Shown piece by piece: positions 52,696 to 64,000 of a DNA stretch of 64,000 nt. Where the stretch lies: assembly GCF_036588685.1 (NCBI RefSeq), contig NC_086382.1, forward strand, positions 71,858,001-71,922,000, read 5' to 3'. Numbering within the stretch: the stretch's first letter is position 1; each line of letters begins with the position of its first letter. Below the pieces are notes generated by a model. It had not been told where the DNA came from, ran no database searches, and was given only the letters and a program-made list of their open reading frames with translations. This stretch comes from Mytilus trossulus (lineage: Eukaryota). The position numbers and the translations under genes are program-made.

Positions 52696-52739
52696 ACGCC
52701 AGACGCGCGTTTCGTCTTCATAAGACTCATCAGTGACAC
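52696..52739 (-). ncRNA. Minimal type-I hammerhead ribozyme (within family H copy 52660-52780)
   Basis: guguca-CUGAUGA-gucuu(aug)aagac-GAAA-cgcgc-GUC^uggcgu; all three stems can form; palindromic ACGCGCGU stem III. Confidence 0.87.
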
Positions 52740-53518
52740 TCAAAATTTTTATAAAGCCAAACTAGTACAAAGTTGAATAACAATTATCTTAACAAAAAGA
52801 TAGAATAGTTCTCAACCAAGCAATTTCTAAGTTTAGTATGAACTTTACATAAACACATAAAACAGAAATCTTTATGTTTGGACCACACAGTAAATCAAAA
52901 CAAAGTCAAGTATGCGTATCAAATCAGTTGTTCAATTTCGTTGTATACGATACGATTCTCTGCAAAGACATAACTTATAAATCATAAATAAAAGTGAAAC
53001 TAAATTCCGTTATTCATAAAAATAATATACAGTGCATTAATTACTTCTCAATCATAATAAAATATAACGAAACATGTTTTCTGATAAAAGTACAAAGTTT
53101 ACACAAATGATTAAATCAATGTATTTCATTTTTGGAACATTGTTACAATTCTTGCTAAAGAAATGAATGATAAAGTCGGATTAGATATATTCTTACCGTT
53201 TATGTTCTTTTAAAAAAATCATCGTGTGTGTCCAAATAAAATCCAAATAATAAACTGCTGTAAACAAAGTGAAATAACATTCATAGGAAAACATAACGTC
53301 ATAAAGATATGTGATATATAAGGAAAAAGGTTTACTCAAAATATTTAGATAAAAAATTAGTTGTGAGCATTGATTCAATATAAGATGTTACGCTTTTCTT
53401 AGTTTGACATCACAAGAGACAAGTTTATATCTTTTCACAAAAACTCTTCTTATAACGTCTACATCAAGTTATCTAAGAAAAGACATGACGAAATTCTAAA
53501 TAATGCTTCCGACAGTAG

Positions 53519-54680
53519 AAGAGGGCATACGATACCAGAGGGACATTTAAACTCATATATCGATGACAAACTGAAAACACAATGGCTAGACAAACAGACA
53601 AACAAATGTACGTTCAGAAGACAAAACATGGAAAACTAAAGAATAAGCAACAAGAATCGCACTAAAAACTTGGGGTGATCTCAGGTGCTCCGGACGGGTA
53701 AGCAGATCCTGCTCCACATATGGCATCCTTCATGTTGCTTATTTTTTGAAAAATCTATTCGGTAGGTCACAAGAGTAAAAAGGGAAGGGTTTTGTTTAAG
53801 GAAAATATCAGTTAATCTGTAAAATGGTTATTCAATAACTGTCAACCAAATCGTGATGGTGTCCGTAATATATACGAAGGGATGAATTCAACTTCACCAT
53901 TTGAAACTCCTGGTTTATTACTTCTTTGTGAGCAGCAAACCTCTATCAAAGAAAGCAGGATAAGAAATACAAGACCGGAAATATCGTATCAATGGAGATA
54001 TGACCGGATGTAGTTGCTGCTGGAATGCTGCTATATAGAAATGGAAAATTCACAATTGGTAAGTTGAATGGTTTTACACTAGTAATTTTGAGGCCCTTTA
54101 TAGCTTGTTGTTCGGTGTGAGCCAAGGCTCCGTGTGGAAGGCCGTACTTTAACCTATAATGGTTTACTTTTTAAATTGTTAATTGGATGGAGAGTTGTCT
54201 CATTGGCACCCACACCACATCTTCCTAATTCTATGAAATCATGTCTTTCGTTCGCATATTTTTGTTTTCAACCGACCCTCATTGTCAATTTCTAGATGAA
54301 AAGTCAAGATATTAGGTAGACTTAACTGTATCTGTAGCATACTTATCTCTAGTTCGATTGGATAGATGCGTTCAAAATAGTCACCAAAATTTGTATTGTT
54401 AAGTAAGAGAACATCATCTATATAATGGAACGTTAAGTTTAAGGATGTTGCTTATTTCTTAGCTTCATCCTAAGAAACATCTATCCAAGAAGATGAACAC
54501 AATTGGTTCCAATTGGAGTTCCGACACTATGTTGAAAAACACGTCCTCCGCCATGTTGTCAATTAAGAAATTAAACCTCTTGATAATGTCAGTTTCAGAG
54601 AATTTGTTTTTAATCAGAGTGATTCTTTACAAAATAGAAAAATAGGAGCAAGATTCCAGTCTTAAGTGGTCATTTTGGTT
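53519..54680 (-). mobile_element. Degraded Penelope-like retroelement, family P (RT + 3' UTR), with a nested family E insert at 54065-54233
   Basis: Homologous to 7509-8400; remnants of G.P.GTNC, DDVL and YP.EL. Confidence 0.8.
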
Positions 54681-54825
54681 TGATCAAGTCTTCATCGTAT
54701 GGATTTACTGCTAGAGAAAAACGTCAAGACTTTTTCAGACGCAGTCACATATACCGTGTTGAGTCCGTTCAGTCATGTCTAGACAAATCAGGCAGTAAGT
54801 GCTTGTGTCATGTCAAGTCTGTTGA

Positions 54826-54972
54826 TATACTAAGGTTTTTCTACATCTGGAATGGATTACCTTAGCTGTATTTGGCAAAACTTGTGGTACTCAATGCTTG
54901 TCAACATCGTATTTTATTTAGCCTTTTTAACCTTTTTTGATTGATGAATTTTAATCCTGATATATATGATTC
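54826..54972 (+). repeat. Family H relic with the hammerhead deleted
   Basis: Matches 16693-16822, then jumps to the 3' terminal motif. Confidence 0.6.
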
Positions 54973-55182
54973 CCTCATTTGTAAATATTAATACAATTTC
55001 TGGATTTATGACTACAATGACTATGCAAATACGGACTGTCAAACAGAAGCCAATGAAACATACAAAAGCAATTCACCAATAATTTGTTTTGAAGTTTATA
55101 TTTTTATTCAGCTCTCGGACAAGCAATTAGTATTGCACCATAACTTCAAACTTCACTGGGCCCAGCCTGCAAACTATTCTAA

Positions 55183-56395
55183 AACGGGAAACTACACACT
55201 GAATTTTACGACAATAGAGACGATTTTTCGTTCCCTATTGTTAATTTTCCATTTTTAGAGGGTGATGTTTCTTTGGCACCATCTTACGTTGTTTATATTT
55301 CACAACTTGTTCGCTATGCCCGTGTCTGTCGTGACGGTTTTGATTTTAACGAACGCAACCTATGTATTACTGATAAATTATTAAACCAGGGATATCATTA
55401 CCATAAATTACTCTAAACCTTTACTACCTTTTTTCATAGATATAAAGAGTTGGTTTTGAAGTTTTGTTGTACCTGTAGAAAACTTATTTCTAACGGGATA
55501 TCATATCCTCATTTTCACGGCAATGTTGTTAACAGTGCCCGGAAATTTAGAAATGATTCATGTAAACTTGTCGCTCCTTTAAATAAACTAATTCTAAAAG
55601 GTTACCTATTCAACACTGTAATAAGGTCATTGAATATTGTTTTATTGGTATAAATATTGATTTTGTAATCCGTAGATTAAAAGCTAACTAAATATTACTG
55701 GTGTGTTATATACATATACATATTCTTGGATCCACAATCTGTCGATACCTGTAACTTGGCATTGCACAAGGTCATGTCTTTCTCTGGCTGTTTATGACGT
55801 CTTTACACTAAATCCATTGGATGTTGGAGGTGTACAGATTGATTGTTTAGTCTTAGATGCATGATTTTTTTATAAGTTGTTAGAGGCTTTGAACTAGCTG
55901 TCAGATTACTGCGAGTACTCTCAGATCTGTTAATGATGTTTTTTGCGTCGGGAAGTAACCGGCCACGTCCACTTTAATTTGTTGTCCATCTGATGAGGTA
56001 AGCCTTTTTTAACTGATTTTTATAGTTCGTTCTTATGTTGTACTGTTATACCACTGTCCCAGGTTAGGAGGAGGGTTGGGATCCCGCTAACATGTGTAAC
56101 ACCGCCACATTATTGATGTATGTGCCTGTCCCAAGTCAGGAGCCTGTAATTCAGTGGTTGTCGTTTGTTTATGTGTTGCATGTTTGTTTTTCGTTCTTTT
56201 TTTTTACATAGATAAGGTCGTTAGTTTTCTCGTTTTACATTGTCTTATCGGAGCCTTTTATAGATGACTATGCGGTATGGGCTTTGCTCATTGTTGAAGG
56301 CCGTACGGTGACCTATAGTTGATAATGTTTGTGTCATTTTGCTTTTTTGTGGATAGTTGTCTCATTGGCACTCATACCACATCTTCTGTTTTATA
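55183..56395 (+). mobile_element. 5'-truncated Penelope-like retroelement, family B (RT thumb/C-terminus + ~700-nt 3' region containing a twister motif)
   Basis: GKLHTEFYDNRDDFSFPIVNFPFL...YISQLVRYARVC...KLLNQGY; one in-frame stop; the 3' region matches the short family B repeats. Confidence 0.85.
56050..56158 (+). ncRNA. Twister ribozyme type-P5 in the PLE 3' region
   Basis: ACCACUG/CAGUGGU plus AGGU/GCCU P5; GGAG-G-A-GGG; U^AA-CACC-GC; CACAU/AUGUG P3; CCUG-UCCC-AA-GU-CAGG. Confidence 0.75.
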
Positions 56396-57044
56396 TTCTG
56401 CTTACTGTATTGCTACCAATCCCTATCGTCTTGCAATTTTATAGGTACAGCTTCTTATTACAATGTTTTGCTGACCCATTTTAACTAACAGCCTACCAGA
56501 AGAGATATCGACTCCAATGCTGAAATAACATAAACGGTTCGAACTTTACTTGACAAGATACGCATTTCGATATGTAATATTATTCGTAGGTTTGTATGAT
56601 TTGTATTCGAGACAAAACTATTTGAATATCGTATCCTTTTTTTCTCATAAAAAACTAATAAACTCAAATTTTCAAATCAAAACGGACGAAAGCTTATAAA
56701 AGCAAACAAAAACCAGAATCAGATACTAAACAGGACAAATAATCATCGGATTATAACATGGAAATTTCAATTAAAAATATCTGTTCTTACCAGTACAATT
56801 ATACAAAAATTTATTGATGATGAATTTATTTCTTGGTAATGCTTAGACTAATAATCAAAAATTGTGATTGAAACATTCAAACCGTAAGGCGATTATATCT
56901 GAAATGACGTACATTATGATTATATTTTTCAGGTTTGTTTGTAATTAACTGCTTTCGTATGTCACATACAAGGCGATGAAATCAAATATAATCATACCAT
57001 TACTTAATTTAAATATAAGCAATAACATGACATTCGTATCTAGT

Positions 57045-57152
57045 AATAGTTATCAAAGGTACTAGGATTATAATGCAATGCATCAGACGCGCTTTTCGAC
57101 TGCACGAGACTCATTAGTGACGCTCAGACCACAAAAGTTATAAAGCCAAACC
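57045..57152 (-). repeat. Family H fragment with inactivated hammerhead (CUAAUGA)
   Basis: Paralogous to 48293-48390, sharing the GAAAagcgc variant. Confidence 0.7.
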
Positions 57153-57479
57153 CTTTTTGCTTAGGTTATGAATTAAAACGTATTTGTCAGTTTGTACCTG
57201 ACATAATGATTCGAATGCACTTTATCTGATTAATAGCGATACTTCGGAGCTTCTTTGTTTGTTAGATATGACGTTAAATAAATCATTTGTTAATAGATAC
57301 CAACCCGCTGACATCGTAATTTGTATGGAAATATTCCATACAAAGAACAAACATGTCGTCATTAACATTAAAAGCTTACAAAACCTTCATACATACTTAG
57401 GAATATTGTTACGGTAGAGAGGCAAGTCAATAAAGATGGCATAATATTGAATTATAATGGATTCACACATAGATACTTC

Positions 57480-58105
57480 TGGCATAAGAAATAACCACTT
57501 CTTAACCAGTTGTTGGCATGATGCAGGTTATATTATTCACATATATATTATGATGGTAAGATACATACGCCATAAAAGAACGTATAGTGCTTGAACTTAA
57601 TATGATGACAATGTTATCTTTTAACCAGTTGAGTTGAAGTCTGGAGCTCGCATGTCAATAAGTTCCAGCAGTTTGTTGTTAATTTAAAAAAAAACAGTTT
57701 CATCTGTTGCCTAATCTGATATTGGACTCAGACTTCATATGACATTTATGAACTGATTTTAGCTGTTCATAGTTCTGTGTGTTTGTTTGTTCTTCATTGT
57801 TTAAATGTATATGGGACGATTGAGATCAAATTAAACATGAGTAACGTCGTTGCATTTGTGTGTCTGTCCCAAGTCAGGAGCCCCTGGCTTTTTATAGTCT
57901 TTTTTAGTTCATTTATTTGTTCATGAGTTTATTGTGACGTCCATTTTACCTGAACCAGTACACATTTGTGTTGTGAGGGAAACCGGACCCGCCTCCGAAT
58001 GCGGAATCTGCTCGCTATGTTGAAGACCAATTGATGGTCTTGAATTGTTTTCTGCTCGTTGGTCGGCTGTTGTTCATTTTACACATTGGCAATTTAATTC
58101 AAAAT
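57480..58105 (+). repeat. Repeat family A, old decayed copy
   Basis: Colinear with 19080-19735; retains CUGUCCCAAGUCAGGAGCC. Confidence 0.7.
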
Positions 58106-58664
58106 TTAATGATGTAACTCGCACGTTACTCTAAGCAAACACTAAATATAGGTGTTATTAACACGATAAAGATGACATTTTGAACCTGTGCAATTAGATT
58201 CTGAGGATACTTCAACTTTATTCTGTTTGCATAGTCGAGTATAAAGTAAGTACAGTAATAATTCCTTGTATCATGACAACGTGCTACTGCGACAATGGAT
58301 GACGTATCAGCTGTACAGCAATCTCATTGATGTAAGATATTACTGGAGCAGGTGAACAGCTGTTTGCACAATATATTAAACTAACGACATATTTTGTAGA
58401 TCTGTATATCAGAGTTAAACAACCCTGTGGTAAAAAATTATCCATATACTTTCAAAATAAAGTGTGTGGACGTATATTTGGATGATAGCAAATACTAAAA
58501 ACTGGTTTACCGTTTGTATCAAATAACAATTAATATATCTCCCAATTGATACAATATTCCCGTGCTTGCATTTTCTATCATAATTTTTTTCTAGAGGGTT
58601 TTGCTCACAAGGAGAAAAGAGTTCCAAATTATGAAGTTAAAATCATCCATTTGTAAATCTAACT

Positions 58665-58970
58665 ACGACCACCTTCCCTTTCATGAATTTGACTAACCGA
58701 ATTAAATTATTTACCGGATTTAATAAAACATAAGCAAAGGGACGGGTACAACATGTGGAGCGGGATCTGCTTACCCTTCCGGAGCACCTGAGATCACCCC
58801 TAGTTTTTGGAGGGGTTCGTGTTGCTTATTCGGTAGTTTTCTAGGTTGTGTCATGTGTTTTATTGTTTGTCTGTTTGTCTGTTTGTCTTCTTTCATTTTT
58901 GGCCAGGCGTTGTCACTTTATTTTCGATTTATTAGTTTGACTGTCCCTCTGGTATCTTTCGTCCCTCTTT
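58665..58970 (+). repeat. 3' UTR of PLE family P
   Basis: Reverse complement of 7509-7795. Confidence 0.8.
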
Positions 58971-59169
58971 TAATGATATTGCCAATTTATCGTTCTTCTT
59001 TATATCTATACTATAATTTTCTAGATAAATATAATTCACTTCCATTACTGGCTTTAAACAATTTATGAGTCCACATTTTTTGACCAAATGCTTGTGTAAA
59101 ATATTCTATTTTGCCAGTTTTCTAGATAATTAATGAAACTTCTTCTATCTGCGTAATATTTTCTTTGTA

Positions 59170-59960
59170 CAATACATAATTTTAAATCAGTATTCAAATC
59201 AAAATTACATTCTTTAAACTTAGACATATACCTAAAACTCCAATTTCTTCTCTTATTAAGAGTTTTACTGTAACACCATTTAAATATTCTTTAATCCAAT
59301 CTACTGTACTCATTATAGTTCATCTAGCCCAGTGTCGAAAAACACATGTCCACTGCTTAACACTTGGAAGTCTCCAGCCTATATTCCAATGCATTTCATC
59401 GTTCGGGGTATATTTACCCACATCCATAAATGTCATGATAGCTCTTTTCTGGACAGCATTAATACATGAAAAATCTCTGGTGCCCGAAACAGCTGCACCT
59501 TAACTTATAACTGACCAGACCAGGATATTAAATAGTTTAGTAAATGTACTGTACAGGGAACCTGCATGGGCTTTACGCTTTACAATAATCAAATTTAAAA
59601 CACTGCTAGCTGACTTGGCTACAGCTTTAGCCATTACATCATAATTTAAAAATTCAGCTAATAGTAAACCAAGATATTGATAGCTTTGTTCAGTACATAT
59701 CTGCTTATCATTAAACAAAAATAACTTTCTTATCTGCTGTACAAACAAATTTCTAAAATATACAATTTTAGTTTTCTCATGATAAACACATTTAATAACT
59801 TATTTTTACACCATAAATCTAAAATATCTAAGAGTAAATCGCTTTCATTATGTGCAGTCAGTACAATATCATCTGCATAAAATAAAAACTTGTTCACCAT
59901 CAATATCAATACCAATTTCTAATGCTTTAATATCTGTAACTAAGCTGTTTATAGAGAATA
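59170..59960 (-). mobile_element. Degraded non-LTR retrotransposon RT fragment
   Basis: YADD, YQYLG and FTKLFN.LVWSVIS.GAA motifs across frameshifts. Confidence 0.8.
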
Positions 59961-62900
59961 ATACATGGCAAAATCCGTATCATATGCCGTATCATCCCGA
60001 GACATCAATATCAGCCCAAGGGCCTTAGGGCATGTACTTTACGTTTTATCATATAATTATTTCAACAAAAGAGTATTATATTATATGAACAATTTTTTTA
60101 TCCATAGCACTGGTTTACCTTTAGTTTCACTTTTGTCTTGTTTCAAAGGCCTTAAAAGAACTCCTCAATTACTTATCCGACGCACCTGGGCTACCTTACA
60201 ATTTGCGAGCTGTTATTTTAAAAATATTTTGTTTATTATTATATTTATTTGTGTGTTTTGTATATTTTTTTTATAGTTGCATTTAGTGTGACAAAAAATC
60301 TGAAAACTTGACGTTTGTGACGTCACATACAATATGAAAACTTGACGCTCGTGACGTCACATACCAAACAATGACGTCATTCAAAAAATTTACCTATTTT
60401 GAGGAAAACATTTCTTAAGCAAAAAAAACAAAACTGACTTTATGTAAAAAAAAAAAAGTATGTGTGTGATATAGGGTATACGATAAAGGGTATGCGATAA
60501 AGGGTGCACATCAAAGTTGCGCTATATGGATTAAACAGCAGGCTATTTATCAAATATACAATAAAATTGAGAAAGGAAATGGTGAATGTGTCAAAGCGAA
60601 AACAACCCGACCTTGGAGAAAACTACTGTATTTACTACTAAACATATGATAAATAAAAATATTGAACAACTTCCTTCTCAAATAGACATTGTGACAATTC
60701 AAACCTGATTTCAACATTTAAAAAAACCTTGTCATCCTCTTTTTTTAATATTCATGTTATATTTTCTTTGCATTAGGTCTCCCATAGCTGTCTCATGACA
60801 ACCAAAAATAAACCTTGATACTTGACAAAATTTATGTAGGGCAAAAAACTCGACATTCAGGGAAATACTTTAACGTATCAGACCGTAAGAAGTCGTGCCA
60901 TGAAAAATACAAACAACGGATAGTCGATGACAAAATAGACTCATTCTCTTTCTTAACGGTCAGCACTGTGATTTCATCGATATGATATTGTTTACTTCGG
61001 ACAATATTTTTCGTTTGACGGGAATAAGAAAATAGTTGCATATAAGCTTTTCTCCTTAAATCTAGAAACAAAATTAACTAAATATGTGTAAAGTTTACAA
61101 ATACAGTCCAACGAACCAAGCAGATTAACGTTCCCTTTGAGTGTGTCTTCTCCAAACTGCAGTACCCAAGTAGTGTCAGTTACTTTTTCAAAATCTCTGG
61201 ATTCAGGAAGTTTCTGCTCAGTTTCAAAATAAATAACTTTCCATAAATAAGAATATATTGGTAGGGGATTAATTGAGGAATCAAAAACGAAAAATATAGG
61301 AGGCATTGTGCTTGTTTTCGAGATATTAGCCCTTAGAATTTAGGCATTAAAATGTTCTCTGACTCTTGATTTTTATTGCTTTATCATTGACCAGTTAAAG
61401 TTCTCAAAAACTATGAAAAAATAAATAAGATTTTATAAGACTTTTACAAATGGCTTAAAATAATAAATGTAAAAGATTTATAAAAAGAAAAATCGGGGTT
61501 CATGGGCAATTTCGTTTAAGACATTCAAGTGAATAAAACTAAAGGATTTCGAAAATCTGAAAAACAAACATCCTTCAACGCATTAATTATATATTTTTTT
61601 TCTATTAATTCAGAATTTGCTTAAATTCCTAGAGTTAAAGTGTTATCTATTTGACTTGTAGGTTTATTTCTTACGCTCGTCATGATAATCATATGGCCTA
61701 TAAGGGGAACATATGGGGATCTATCGGCACATAGATCTATCATTAAGATTTATATTAACTGTAAAGTATTTCATTTATAGATTTATTTCTTACACTTTCT
61801 TCATGCAACTATTATTATAACACCTATCTAAGAGGGTGATATAGCAGATTGCAAGGCCAAGGTTGACAACGTGTTTTCGAGGGGTACCAAAACGTAGAAC
61901 TAAAGCTTTGTATGTTATTACTTGGTGTAAATTCAATTCATTGTCCTTTAAATTATCGATTTGTTGTTTGTTTTGACGAGAGGGTAACGTTACAAAAATG
62001 ACATCCGCTCAGCCATGTGATAGAGTAAAGTAACACCCTCGTATTAGCCAATCAATTTATCGCGTTCTAACGTAAAGTTTATTTTGGCAAAGCAAACAAT
62101 TAACAGATGTAGGTGTACAGAAATTCTGCTTCACATTAATAGACTATAACAAATCATATGAAAGTGGTGTAGTTACTGTTTTGATATTGATCCGTAATTG
62201 ACCGCACGAGGCATAATTGAACTATTATAAATTTTATGGTATGAATTTATTGTGGCTTGAAAGAACATATGTAATCCACATTTAATTTAGAATTTATAAA
62301 ATTTTACGAGATTATAAAATGCAACACATAAATATGAAATTACAAATGTTCAAATTCTTTTTCTTTTGACATACATGAAATAGTCAATAATAAAGTAAGC
62401 CAAAATACATATAAGAACCTTTACACATTTTTGTTACAAACATACACTTAAGATTTCTGAATGCTTTTGATACCATTTCGCAGTGAATACATGTCTTTTC
62501 ACAGGCACACTGATGCATTGTCTTGAAGGGTAGCATTTCTTGAATTAATTTTTCTTGGCGTGTTATTGAAAATAACTACTGTTTTCTACTATCATTTCAG
62601 ACAAACGATGTTCAGTAATCTTGGTTGGTCTCTCAGTGACAGTTACTGGTCCTCATCGAAATATGACATGAATGTTCTAATTTTTCATGTATATGAAATA
62701 GATATAAACGATATTTTAAAACAGTTTTATATATGTTTTGTTTAATTACAGTCACACAAAAAAAAAAGAAAAGCGGAAAATTTAGTTGTTGTAAGTCTTT
62801 TTTTCATTTAGTGTGCATAATATAACAGATATTAGTACAAAATGAATAATTGAATATTATTTCATTGACCTATCTCAGAATGGTTGCTGATACATTGTAA

Positions 62901-63555
62901 AAAGAATCCCTGGTTAATCAAAAGGCTTATTCTTTATCATTATACATACTTATGATAGTCAAACGAACCTATATGTATCTATATTATTGAATTTAGCAAT
63001 TATAATTCCCAAATTTAGTATCATCGCTTATCATATTCTACCAATAGCTGTCCTTGTATATCGAGATACTTTGAATATCTGTAAATTTCATTATAACCAC
63101 AAAATAGAATTTCAGAAAACAAAAATGGACGGATTACGATTATCAAAGATGACAAGAAGTCATATGTGCTGGGCTTGTTAAAAGTGAAGATATCTTTCAA
63201 CAAGATAATTTAGTAATTTCTGATCGTAAGTTCAGAATCACTAACCTGCAATGCATAACATCATGAAATTACGTCCTATACAATTGATAATAAAGTCTGT
63301 TCTATAATACAAAGAAAAGATGACACATGGAACCGCCTAAACAAGCTCAGTTGAGTAGGCTTACCTAAATTGTATAGTAATTTGATTAAGGTAGGTATTA
63401 AGCATTTGAAGGTTCGGTGCAATGGCAACAAAGTTGTATCAAAACACAGACTCTCGTCAATAACCGGAAAGGATCACTGCAATACTTTTCTTTATTTCAG
63501 TTTTGAAACGTGGTCTATTGGACTATAATTTGAACGACAAATAGTTTCATACATA

Positions 63556-63872
63556 TCACACTATTTTATAAACGAACATTATGTGTTCATCTGCTACTCC
63601 TTTAGGACATTTAGTTTCACAGCTCTGTCCCAGAATCAACGAAAACTCGCTTGGATTGAATGACGTGGATACCCAACACTCTCCCCAGAATTCTATTCCG
63701 AAATATTTGTAGCTGGTGTTATGAGCACGAAATGCACATGCATCAATTGTGAGCTGTAAATTGTTCCAATCTATAGTAGACCTAAGACTTGACAACAATG
63801 TTGGTAAAGGATTTGGACTCCCTCCAGCACTGAAGCATCCAACTGGTTGGTAGTCGAAAGAAGTCACTGTAA
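63556..63872 (-). CDS. Paralogue of the PAN/WSC-like gene, last exon (upstream exons outside the window)
   Basis: Same 317-nt length, phase and acceptor as 42429-42745; intact frame. Confidence 0.88.
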
Positions 63873-64000
63873 CTAAAAAATATCAATGCAAATGTATTAA
63901 GAGCAACATGATGATTGAATTATCAACACATGGTGTATGCACTCTATCTGCTCGTTTACATTTTAATAATTTCATTTGAAATAAGAATTATCTTTTATTG

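Noticed and set aside
55985-56030. CTGATGAG in family B (also at 48422)
   Set aside because: Followed by ...aacTGAT rather than GAAA, and no stems I/III were found, so it cannot be called a hammerhead
60790-61570. ORFs at 60832 and 60992 in a segment missing from the paralogous block
   Set aside because: No recognisable domain; probably a non-coding DNA-transposon relic whose ends I could not define
1-64000. Prokaryotic systems (CRISPR, operons), tRNA or rRNA genes
   Set aside because: None seen; spliced genes and metazoan repeats throughout

Overview
AT-rich eukaryotic DNA. The gene types and repeat families point to a bivalve, most likely a Mytilus mussel (inference). Genes: two uncharacterised single-coding-exon genes (5071-7239 +, 26079-27005 -), two tandem 2-exon secreted C1q-domain genes (-), and a 3-exon secreted PAN/Apple + Cys-rich + WSC-like gene (47720-42429 -) whose paralogue's last exon is at 63872-63556 in a ~21-23 kb tandem duplication. 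The rest is dense with 5'-truncated Penelope-like (PLE) retroelements and their short derivatives, two LINE fragments and several MITE/hairpin elements. Main discovery: at least four otherwise dissimilar repeat families carry a circularly permuted (type-P5) twister-ribozyme fold, seen in about 15 intact-to-decayed copies. It shows compensatory changes in P2, P5, T1 and T2 between families, and two adjacent palindromes replace P1. One copy lies in the 3' region of a PLE reverse-transcriptase gene. A fifth family carries minimal type-I hammerhead ribozymes (retrozyme-like), and a sixth has an unassigned multi-way RNA junction. All structures were inferred by eye; catalytic activity is untested.
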